From the NCBI GenBank assembly GCA_023387815.1, contig JAEWHK010000037.1, positions 17,972 through 81,971 on the forward strand: a stretch of 64,000 nt of DNA, in the 5' to 3' direction. Origin of the DNA: Pseudomonadota bacterium. Its GTDB lineage: Bacteria > Pseudomonadota > Gammaproteobacteria > Burkholderiales > Burkholderiaceae_B. The notes under the pieces were generated by a model, which was not told where the DNA came from, searched no databases, and saw only the letters and a program-made list of their open reading frames with translations. Each line of letters opens with the position of its first letter. Position 1 is the stretch's first letter. The position numbers and the translations under genes were made by a program. Below, one piece after another: positions 56,321 through 64,000 of the stretch.

Positions 56321-57301
56321 ATGACAACAAATACAGCAGTAAATCCGACAGTCAAAGACGAACAGTACGACGCCACAAAAAAACAGAAATCTTTTGACAA
56401 AACGTCCCGGATTCCCATCAAGATCATCCCCATTGAGCGGCTGAAAAAGCCCGAGTGGATTCGCGTCAAGGCCGCCGCGCCCAATTCGCGCTTCAACGAT
56501 ATCAAGAAAATTCTGCGGGAACACAATCTGTTCACCGTCTGTGAGGAAGCCTCCTGCCCCAATATCGGCGAATGCTTCGGCAAGGGCACGGCAACCTTCA
56601 TGATCATGGGTGACAAGTGCACACGGCGCTGCCCCTTCTGTGATGTGGGTCACGGCAGACCCGATCCGCTGGATACCCAGGAGCCGTCAAACCTGGCCAA
56701 ATCCATTGCCGCCATGCGCCTGAATTATGTGGTCATTACTTCCGTGGATCGCGACGATCTGCGCGACGGTGGTGCTGCGCACTTTGTGGAATGCATCAAC
56801 GAAACCCGCAGTCGTTCTCCCATCACGCAGATTGAAGTGCTGGTGCCCGACTTTCGTGGCCGCCTGGACAAGGCGCTGGACATCTTCGGTGCCGGCCTGC
56901 CCGACGTCATGAACCATAACCTGGAAACGGTGCCCCGTCTGTATAAACAGTCCCGCCCCGGTGCAGACTATATGCATTCGCTTAAACTGCTGCGCGACTT
57001 TAAACAACGCTATCCGGATGTGCCCACCAAATCGGGCCTGATGGTTGGCCTGGGTGAGACTGACGAGGAAATTCTGCAGGTGATGCGCGATATGCGCGAT
57101 CACGATATCGATATGCTGACAATTGGCCAGTATCTGCAGCCTTCTGAACACCATTTGCCCGTCATGCGTTACGTGCACCCCGATACGTTCAAAATGTTCG
57201 AGGAAGAGGCCTATAAAATGGGCTTTACGCATGCGGCAGTGGGCGCGATGGTCCGCTCGTCCTATCATGCAGATCAACAGGCCCACGCTGCGGGCTTCTG
57301 A
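56321..57301 (+). CDS. lipA: Lipoyl synthase
   Basis: [12 protein letters not shown] and CTRRCPFC clusters; RSSYHA. Confidence 0.98.
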   Translation: MTTNTAVNPTVKDEQYDATKKQKSFDKTSRIPIKIIPIERLKKPEWIRVKAAAPNSRFNDIKKILREHNLFTVCEEASCPNIGECFGKGTATFMIMGDKCTRRCPFCDVGHGRPDPLDTQEPSNLAKSIAAMRLNYVVITSVDRDDLRDGGAAHFVECINETRSRSPITQIEVLVPDFRGRLDKALDIFGAGLPDVMNHNLETVPRLYKQSRPGADYMHSLKLLRDFKQRYPDVPTKSGLMVGLGETDEEILQVMRDMRDHDIDMLTIGQYLQPSEHHLPVMRYVHPDTFKMFEEEAYKMGFTHAAVGAMVRSSYHADQQAHAAGF

Positions 57302-57342
57302 TTATTTCTCCAACTGCATCTATGTATGGCGGAAAAACAGGA

Positions 57343-58374
57343 ATGAAACTACTGATTACCGGTGGCGCGGGCTTTATCGGCTCGCACACTGTTGTTGAAT
57401 TGCTCAATGCGGGTCACGAGATCGTCGTGCTCGACAATCTGTGCAACAGCTCTCCGGCCTCGCTGCGCCGCATAGAAAACATCACGGGCAAAACGCTGAC
57501 CTTTGTCGAAGGCGATATTCGCGATGCCCGGCTGCTCGATTCCGTTTTTGCGACGCATGCGATTGACGCCGTTGTTCACTTTGCGGGTCTGAAGGCCGTT
57601 GGTGAAAGCGTAAAAGAGCCTTTGCGCTATTACGATAACAATGTTTGCGGCACGATCACTCTGTGTGAAGCCATGGCTCGTGCTGGTGTGTTCCGCTTTG
57701 TGTTCAGTTCTTCGGCCACCGTCTATGGTGAACCCGAGAGCATGCCCATTGCCGAATCCTGTCCCACCAGCCGGCCCAGCAATCCTTACGGCAGCTCCAA
57801 GCTGATGGTAGAACGGATTCTGGAAGACCTGGCTGCCTCAGATAACCGATGGTCTGTGGCCATTCTACGGTATTTCAATCCCGCCGGGGCCCATGAATCC
57901 GGCCAGATCGGTGAAGATCCCAACGGCATTCCCAATAACCTGCTGCCCTATATTACGCAGGTGGCTGTGGGCAAACTGGAAAAGTTGTCGGTGTTTGGCA
58001 GTGATTACGCTACGCATGACGGAACCGGTATTCGCGATTACATCCACGTGGTGGATCTGGCTCAGGGCCATCTGGCAGCGCTGGATTACATCAAGGACAA
58101 AACCGGCACCCGAATCTGGAATCTGGGTACCGGCACCGGCTATTCCGTTCTGGACATTGTGAAAGCGTTTGAAGCGGCCACCGGCGTCAGCATTCCCTAC
58201 GCGCTCTCGCCCAGAAGAGACGGGGACATTGCCGAGTGCTGGGCTGACCCGGAAAAGGCGCGCCGCGAGCTGGGGTGGAGTGCACGGCGCGGTTTATCAC
58301 AAATGATGTCGGACAGCTGGCGCTGGCAGAAAAACAACCCCAACGGCTTCCGCGACGACGACGCAGAGAATTAA
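57343..58374 (+). CDS. galE: UDP-glucose 4-epimerase
   Basis: [43 protein letters not shown] and RDYIHV. Confidence 0.97.
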   Translation: MKLLITGGAGFIGSHTVVELLNAGHEIVVLDNLCNSSPASLRRIENITGKTLTFVEGDIRDARLLDSVFATHAIDAVVHFAGLKAVGESVKEPLRYYDNNVCGTITLCEAMARAGVFRFVFSSSATVYGEPESMPIAESCPTSRPSNPYGSSKLMVERILEDLAASDNRWSVAILRYFNPAGAHESGQIGEDPNGIPNNLLPYITQVAVGKLEKLSVFGSDYATHDGTGIRDYIHVVDLAQGHLAALDYIKDKTGTRIWNLGTGTGYSVLDIVKAFEAATGVSIPYALSPRRDGDIAECWADPEKARRELGWSARRGLSQMMSDSWRWQKNNPNGFRDDDAEN

Positions 58375-59486
58375 TTGGGCAATACGCTGCGATAGACGTC
58401 CCGCGTCTGGTCTGCAAAAACGGACAGATTAAAGTACGTCTCTGCACGTTGCCGGCTGTGCTGACCAATCATGCTGCGTGTTGCCGAATCGGGCAGAATC
58501 TCCAGCAACAGGGCGCGCAACGCAGCCATATCCCTGGCGGGTGTCACCCAGCCCGATACGCCATGTTCGAGATTCTCAGGCAGCCCTCCCGCATCGCTCA
58601 CAATGGTGGGCAGCCCACAGGACATGCTTTCGCGCGCGGCAAATGACAGCGCCTCGTTGTGCGACAGAACAAATCCCAGATCACTGGCGGCCAGCACGGG
58701 TCGGATATCATCCAGCAGACCCGGGAAAACGATGTGCTCCTTCATTTGCAGGCCGGCAATAATCTTCAGCGTGTCACTGCCAGGCATATCGCCTGCAACC
58801 ACCATGCGACAGCGATCCCGCAGTTCCGGCGGCAGGCCGGCTATTGCATAAACCAGCTCCAGCCAGCCTTTCTCGTAATCGGTGCCGCCCGTGCTCCCGA
58901 ACACGATCATCTGCGGATCGTCAGTGCCCAGCAACGCCAGGCGAGCCGCCGAGCGTTCTGCAGCTGTCGGCGGTCTGAAATAGTCCACGTCGATCCCGTG
59001 ATGGATGACATGTATCGGCATCCGCAGGTAATCGCTGTCCTTGAACAGGCCCGCAACGTACTGGCTGACGGCAATGACGGCATCGGTTGCCATACTGGCG
59101 CGCAGCCGATGTCCTAGCGTATGCACGGAGTGATCGTTATGCTTGGTGAAAACAATACGGGGGCGCATAGCCCTGGGCATCCCCAGACAGGCCAGCATGA
59201 CGTGACGGTGGTCGGCAGAGGCGTTGACGTGGATGATGTCGAACCGCTCCTTGCGAATCAGTCGCCGCAGCTGGCGAACTTCCGGCAGCCATTTGCCCAG
59301 GCGCGAATTGAAACACTGATCGACCACAACCACACCATCCACTTCACTGGCGTAGCGATACAGACGGCTGGTACCAGGCGTGGCCACCCAGCACTCGTCA
59401 TTTCTGTACTGCTGCAACAGATTCAGGATGTACGTGACATGACCGCCACCATTGCGTTTGTGGAAATTGGTAAAAAGAATCTTCAT
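58371..59486 (-). CDS. Glycosyltransferase family 4
   Basis: GT-B pattern GGGH, AVSQYV, HGID, and [26 protein letters not shown]. Confidence 0.9.
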   Translation of the reverse strand: MKILFTNFHKRNGGGHVTYILNLLQQYRNDECWVATPGTSRLYRYASEVDGVVVVDQCFNSRLGKWLPEVRQLRRLIRKERFDIIHVNASADHRHVMLACLGMPRAMRPRIVFTKHNDHSVHTLGHRLRASMATDAVIAVSQYVAGLFKDSDYLRMPIHVIHHGIDVDYFRPPTAAERSAARLALLGTDDPQMIVFGSTGGTDYEKGWLELVYAIAGLPPELRDRCRMVVAGDMPGSDTLKIIAGLQMKEHIVFPGLLDDIRPVLAASDLGFVLSHNEALSFAARESMSCGLPTIVSDAGGLPENLEHGVSGWVTPARDMAALRALLLEILPDSATRSMIGQHSRQRAETYFNLSVFADQTRDVYRSVLPN

Positions 59487-61054
59487 TCCATCTGCGAACG
59501 AATGCGTTCAATCCAGTAACGTGTTGAGGCATCGTGCGGTGCAAGCGGCGCGGCCCCTTTGAGTTCGGCGGTAATATCCGTTGCCAGTACCTTGCCGTAT
59601 TCCACACCCCATTGGTCAAACGGATTCAGACCCCATATGAGGCCCTGCACAAATACCTTGTGTTCATAAAGCGCCAGCAGAGCACCCAGAGAGAAGGGCG
59701 TCAGACTTGGCATCATAATCAGGTTCGAGGGACGGCCGCCAGGGTGAACCTTATGTTTTGCCAGACTGCGGGCCTCGTCCTCGGACAGCCCCGCATCCAT
59801 GCTTTCCTGCACGGCCTGCTCGTAGGTCTTGCCATTCATCAGTGCTTCGCGCTGCGCCAGGCAGTGGGCAAGCAGCTGAATATGGTGTTCCTTCCAGCCA
59901 TGGTCTTCGTGCTGACAGGCAATGAAGTCCACCGGTGCACCATCGCTGCCTTGGTGCAGCCACTGGAAGAAAGTGTGCTGTGCATCTGTTCCCGGCATGC
60001 CCCATACCGCAGGGCCCGTGGGCACTTCGATAGGGTTGCCATCCAGATCCACCGACTTGCCCAGCGATTCCATTTCCAGCTGCTGGATGTACGGAATCAG
60101 ATTGGCCAGGCGTGAATCATAAGCAGAAATATTCAGCGACCCGTAGCCCAGCACACTTCGGTTGGCGACGCCGGCCAGCGCCAGCTGCACCGGCGCATTC
60201 TGCTCCACGGGGGCGGACAGAAAATGATCGTCCATGGCCTTGGCGCCGCTTTGCAGGCCCGCTACCACGTCTGGTCCCACGGCCAGGCCGGCGGCCACGC
60301 CCACGGCAGACCAGATGGAAAAACGGCCACCTACCCAGTCCCAGAACCGGAAAATCTGACTTTGCTGCAAGCCCCAGGCCTTGGCCGCTTCTGCATTGGC
60401 CGTCACGGCAATGACCTGGTTCAGGGGTTGTGCAATACCAGCTGCCTTCATCCATTCTATGGCGCGCTTGGCATTTTCCAGGGTTTCGGCGGTCCTGAAG
60501 GATTTACTGGCAACCACTACCAGTGTCTCGCGCGGATCCAGACCGGCCAGGCCGCCCTCGACCGCGTGTCCGTCAATATTGGCCACAAACCGGATATTGC
60601 GCCACATACCCGCGTAGCCAAAGGCGCCAACCACCAGACGTACGCCCCAGTCGCTGCCGCCAATACCAATGTGGACGATATTGCGCCAGCGTCGTTCACT
60701 GTCGCTGCGCCGGACAAACTCCAGGGCCCGATTGCGCTCTTCGGCCACCTCGGCGGCCGGCCGCGGTGTACGCAGCTCGGTATGCCAGGCGGCGCGGTTC
60801 TCGGTCGTATTGACGGGTTGACCCTCAAAAAGCGCCTTGCGCGCCTGTGGAAAATGACGGGCTTCCAGCAGGGCCCCTGCTGTCTGCTGTACCGCCGGGT
60901 CATAGGGCTGCGCTGTCAGGTCAATCTGCATGCCCGCCGCTTCGATAATTCTGGGCGTAGGCGCCAGCCGGGGGGCCTGCTTAATGGCTTTTGCATAATC
61001 CTGCCATTCGGGCAGCGCAGTCAGCGACTTCTGCGATTGCGATTTAGTATTCAA
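59483..61054 (-). CDS. pgi: Glucose-6-phosphate isomerase
   Basis: HIGIGGSDWG, ASKSFRTAET, DWVGGRFS, QQLEMESLGK and FDQWGVEYGK. TTG start. Confidence 0.96.
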   Translation of the reverse strand: MNTKSQSQKSLTALPEWQDYAKAIKQAPRLAPTPRIIEAAGMQIDLTAQPYDPAVQQTAGALLEARHFPQARKALFEGQPVNTTENRAAWHTELRTPRPAAEVAEERNRALEFVRRSDSERRWRNIVHIGIGGSDWGVRLVVGAFGYAGMWRNIRFVANIDGHAVEGGLAGLDPRETLVVVASKSFRTAETLENAKRAIEWMKAAGIAQPLNQVIAVTANAEAAKAWGLQQSQIFRFWDWVGGRFSIWSAVGVAAGLAVGPDVVAGLQSGAKAMDDHFLSAPVEQNAPVQLALAGVANRSVLGYGSLNISAYDSRLANLIPYIQQLEMESLGKSVDLDGNPIEVPTGPAVWGMPGTDAQHTFFQWLHQGSDGAPVDFIACQHEDHGWKEHHIQLLAHCLAQREALMNGKTYEQAVQESMDAGLSEDEARSLAKHKVHPGGRPSNLIMMPSLTPFSLGALLALYEHKVFVQGLIWGLNPFDQWGVEYGKVLATDITAELKGAAPLAPHDASTRYWIERIRSQME

Positions 61055-61305
61055 GTTATTCCTGCCAATACAAATTCAGGTTTATGAAAAAACAATGTGA
61101 CATCAAGTATAACGTAGCAGCAAAAGGCAACAGCATTCGGATGGCAACCGCCTGAAACAGTCGCGTGCGTTCAGAGCGCAACGGTTTTCGATTGTTTTAT
61201 TTTTCCCGAATGTTACAGGCGCATCTTAAGCAGTAAACTAGCTGCTTTATTTCCAGATTCGTAGTGTAATACACCCCATGTATCATTAGGATCCGACCCT
61301 GAACC

Positions 61306-62580
61306 GTGACTGAACTCATTCCTGCGCGCCGCTTCGACCGATTTTTCGAACAGCTCCTGTTCTCCCGGGTGTTTTCGATTCTTATCGGCTGGTGTCTTTG
61401 CGTGGCATTGCCCTATGTGCTGATGTGGGGTCCCGCTGCGTTATGGGCTCCCGACAGGGGCCAGATGACCGCTGCAGGCGTCACAACACTGGCTCTGCTC
61501 CTGTCAAATGTCGCCGTCTATCGGCTTCTCACCCGCTACCCGGGTGGCCGGAACGCTGCTTTTGTGGCTCCGCAAGTGCTGGCCATCTATCTGACCCTGT
61601 CATTGATTGTTCTGCTTTTCAGGCTCGACGTATCCCGCTTTCTGCTGTTTGCCAGCGGTCTGATCGCATTGTTCTGGCTGCATATTGAATTCATGGTTCT
61701 GCAACGACTCAAGATGGTCAAGCTTGCCATCATTGATATGGGACGTGCTATCGAACTCACCAATATCACCTACATCGACACCCGTATCCTGAAGAAACCT
61801 GATCTTCAGGAAATCCGATACGATGGCGTCGTGGCTGATTTCGACGCCATTGATGGAACCTGGGAACGATTCCTGACGCGTTGCGTGCTCAGAGGAATCG
61901 CGGTCTACAATGCCAAGCACTTGCTGGAGTCTCTCACCGGCCGCGTATCCATCCGCAAAATGTCTGAGAACGACATTGGTTCTTTGCTGCCCAGCCGCAA
62001 TTATGAACGGCTCAAGTTCCTGTTTGATGTCGTGATTGTTCTGCTCACACTGCCCGCAGTGCTTATCATCTGTATCATTACCGCAGTCTGTATCCGGCTG
62101 GATAGTTCCGGCCCCATTCTGTATACGCAAACCCGCATCGGTCGTGGAAATCGGCCTTTCACGGTATATAAATTTCGCAGCATGTGCTGGGCCGAAAACC
62201 AGGACGAGGCATTCGCAGAGGAAGAAGATGGCAGGATAACCCGGGTCGGGCGCATTATCCGGAAGCTTCGCATTGATGAACTTCCACAGTACATCAACGT
62301 CATCAGGGGTGAAATGAGCCTGATTGGACCGCGTCCCGAACAGCCCAGCTTTGTCGAGGAGTTCGACGAACTCATCCCTTTCTATAGCTACCGCCATGTT
62401 CTGAAACCCGGCATTACCGGCTGGGCCCAGGTGCGATCCGGCTACGCTGCGGATGTCGATGAAACACAAATCAAGATAGAACACGATTTTTATTACATCA
62501 AGAATGCATCGTTTGCACTGGATATTTATATTATTTTTCTGACGATAAAAACAGTCTGTACCGGTTTCGGCGCTCGCTGA
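61306..62580 (+). CDS. Polyprenyl-phosphate sugar-1-phosphate transferase (WbaP/WcaJ-type priming glycosyltransferase)
   Basis: N-terminal TM helices, then YKFRSM, RITRVGRIIRKLRIDELPQ, GEMSLIGPRPE and KPGITGWAQV. Confidence 0.94.
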   Translation: MTELIPARRFDRFFEQLLFSRVFSILIGWCLCVALPYVLMWGPAALWAPDRGQMTAAGVTTLALLLSNVAVYRLLTRYPGGRNAAFVAPQVLAIYLTLSLIVLLFRLDVSRFLLFASGLIALFWLHIEFMVLQRLKMVKLAIIDMGRAIELTNITYIDTRILKKPDLQEIRYDGVVADFDAIDGTWERFLTRCVLRGIAVYNAKHLLESLTGRVSIRKMSENDIGSLLPSRNYERLKFLFDVVIVLLTLPAVLIICIITAVCIRLDSSGPILYTQTRIGRGNRPFTVYKFRSMCWAENQDEAFAEEEDGRITRVGRIIRKLRIDELPQYINVIRGEMSLIGPRPEQPSFVEEFDELIPFYSYRHVLKPGITGWAQVRSGYAADVDETQIKIEHDFYYIKNASFALDIYIIFLTIKTVCTGFGAR

Positions 62581-62673
62581 CGGGCTGCGCAGCCGCAAAC
62601 TGCAGTATTATTTCAAAGTGTCATTTTCCGGTTGAGTATTGCAAATGCCATTTAAGTCCGGCACTGTCAGACA

Positions 62674-64000
62674 ATGAGAACAGATCTATCCGTTATTCTC
62701 AATCTGCACAATGAAACCGAGTTTCTCAAACGTACCTTCGCTTCCTTGCGACAGGCTGCCGCGTATGCGAGCGCGCAGGGTATAACGATCGAACTTGTCG
62801 TGGTTCTGGATAATTCGCCGGCAGCCGCGCGCGACTGGGTGCAGTCTTATCCTTATGTAGAATACGCTAAATTTCAAATCGTTGAAGTGGATAATCGTTC
62901 GCTGGGGTTGTCGCGTAATGCCGGAATCAGTGCAGCAAGCGGTGACTATATTGCAACTGCAGATGCAGATGATCTGGTGTCGTATAACTTTTTCAGCGCG
63001 TTGTACGATACGGCAAGAGCAGAGGGACCCGATTCCATTGTTTGCGCTCAGCACGCCTGCTCCTTTGGCGACGCATCTTATTGGCGGGTCTATTCCGGAA
63101 GTGATGTCATCAGCCCCATCGCACTTTTTGGTGGCAACCCATTTGCATCACGAATATTGGCGCACCGTTCGGTCTTTGAAAAGATACCTTATCAGGACTC
63201 ACCCAACGAAGTCAGTGCGTTTGAGGACTGGCATTTCAATTGTGAGGCGATTGCCAGCGGGTACCGCTACTGCATAGCACCAGACGCCATTCTGTTTTAT
63301 CGCCAGCGTGCCGACAGTATCATGGGTCGGTCGCGAAATTACATCATGCGTTATTCGCGTCTGTTCAGTCTGAATCTGTACGAGAAGTATTGTGACGCAG
63401 CGAATCATAATATTGCGCAGACGACAAATTCTGATTCTGCCGGCCTGCCGGGTGTTCGCGATCTGCTCAGTTCTGCGCTTGTTACCGAATTGGTTCTCGC
63501 CGCGGGAGAAATTGATCCGGCCATCAATCTTGAGCGGATCGCCACGGCACCCGTCGGATATGCCAGAACCACAACAATCTCGCCGGGCTGCGCATACTAT
63601 GAATGCGTTCAGCACATTCATGACAAAGTATTCACGGATGTGTTCGTCATGTCTTACGATGGCGTCAACCTTGCGGGGCAGAAACTGCTTGCCATTGCGC
63701 GCAGACAAATCGCGGACGATCCGCAACGAAGAATTCTACTGATACAAGGCATGCAGAATTTGCCGGACGCGGAAATATTGCAGTCCGATCAGATCACAGT
63801 TGTGAATCTGTACGAGACATGTCAGAAATGGCACGAGGCACAGGATGACCTTCTTGCCTTGAGACTGATACAGACGGTGGGCAAGCATGCCACGCTGCAT
63901 CTGGATGCGGGTTCATTGACATTCAGAGTTTTCAGGCAGTTCAGCGCTGCGTTGGAGAACGGCTCCCGCTTTTACTACTTCAGACAGCTATTGACTGAAG
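62674..64000 (+). CDS. Glycosyltransferase family 2 protein, 3' end outside the window (absent from the ORF track because it has no stop)
   Basis: Manual translation: MRTDLSVILNLHNE...ELVVVLDNS...LGLSRNAGISAASGDYIATADADD...FEDW. Frame appears open to the window end. Confidence 0.88.
   Translation, partial: MRTDLSVILNLHNETEFLKRTFASLRQAAAYASAQGITIELVVVLDNSPAAARDWVQSYPYVEYAKFQIVEVDNRSLGLSRNAGISAASGDYIATADADDLVSYNFFSALYDTARAEGPDSIVCAQHACSFGDASYWRVYSGSDVISPIALFGGNPFASRILAHRSVFEKIPYQDSPNEVSAFEDWHFNCEAIASGYRYCIAPDAILFYRQRADSIMGRSRNYIMRYSRLFSLNLYEKYCDAANHNIAQTTNSDSAGLPGVRDLLSSALVTELVLAAGEIDPAINLERIATAPVGYARTTTISPGCAYYECVQHIHDKVFTDVFVMSYDGVNLAGQKLLAIARRQIADDPQRRILLIQGMQNLPDAEILQSDQITVVNLYETCQKWHEAQDDLLALRLIQTVGKHATLHLDAGSLTFRVFRQFSAALENGSRFYYFRQLLTE

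Noticed and set aside
61143..61153. ops/JUMPStart-like element upstream of the polysaccharide genes
   Set aside because: Only GGCGGTTG, an imperfect match, and on the wrong strand relative to the sugar transferase.

Overview
A GC-rich betaproteobacterial chromosomal window. The gene order in the right half (waaC-waaA-birA-coaX, dac-dat-ybeD-lipB-lipA) suggests Alcaligenaceae, possibly Advenella-like; this is an inference. (1) 1-9.9 kb: the right end of a probably Fur-controlled metallophore locus. A coupled operon (CoA transferase, acyl-CoA ligase, acyl-CoA dehydrogenase, MFS exporter, GH88-like protein) converges on a TonB receptor-methyltransferase-AmpG/FptX-type permease operon. The gene-family content matches the Pseudomonas pdt (pyridine-2,6-bis(thiocarboxylate)) clusters, plus an unexplained GH88-like gene. 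(2) 10-15.4 kb: GntP permease, DMT transporter, GcvA-type LysR regulator and putP. (3) 15.6-33.4 kb: a partial type VI secretion cluster (tssG, clpV, FHA protein, lipoprotein, tssJKLM, tagF) ending in an apparently catalytically dead PpkA-like membrane pseudokinase and an orphan TRAP solute-binding protein. It lies between putP and trifunctional putA, and both put genes carry three copies of a shared GGTTAAC-core palindrome upstream. (4) 37.4-61 kb: mostly housekeeping genes (ubiA, msrC-like, aspS, 3-hydroxybutyrate dehydrogenase, patatin, ypfJ-like, a site-2 protease lacking its HExxH histidines, LPS core, biotin/CoA/lipoate genes, galE, pgi), plus a degenerate 16-bp intergenic array. (5) 61.3-64 kb: the start of a polysaccharide locus. 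No rRNA, tRNA, CRISPR array, integrase or transposase was recognised. All calls come from motif recognition by eye; no database searches were run.
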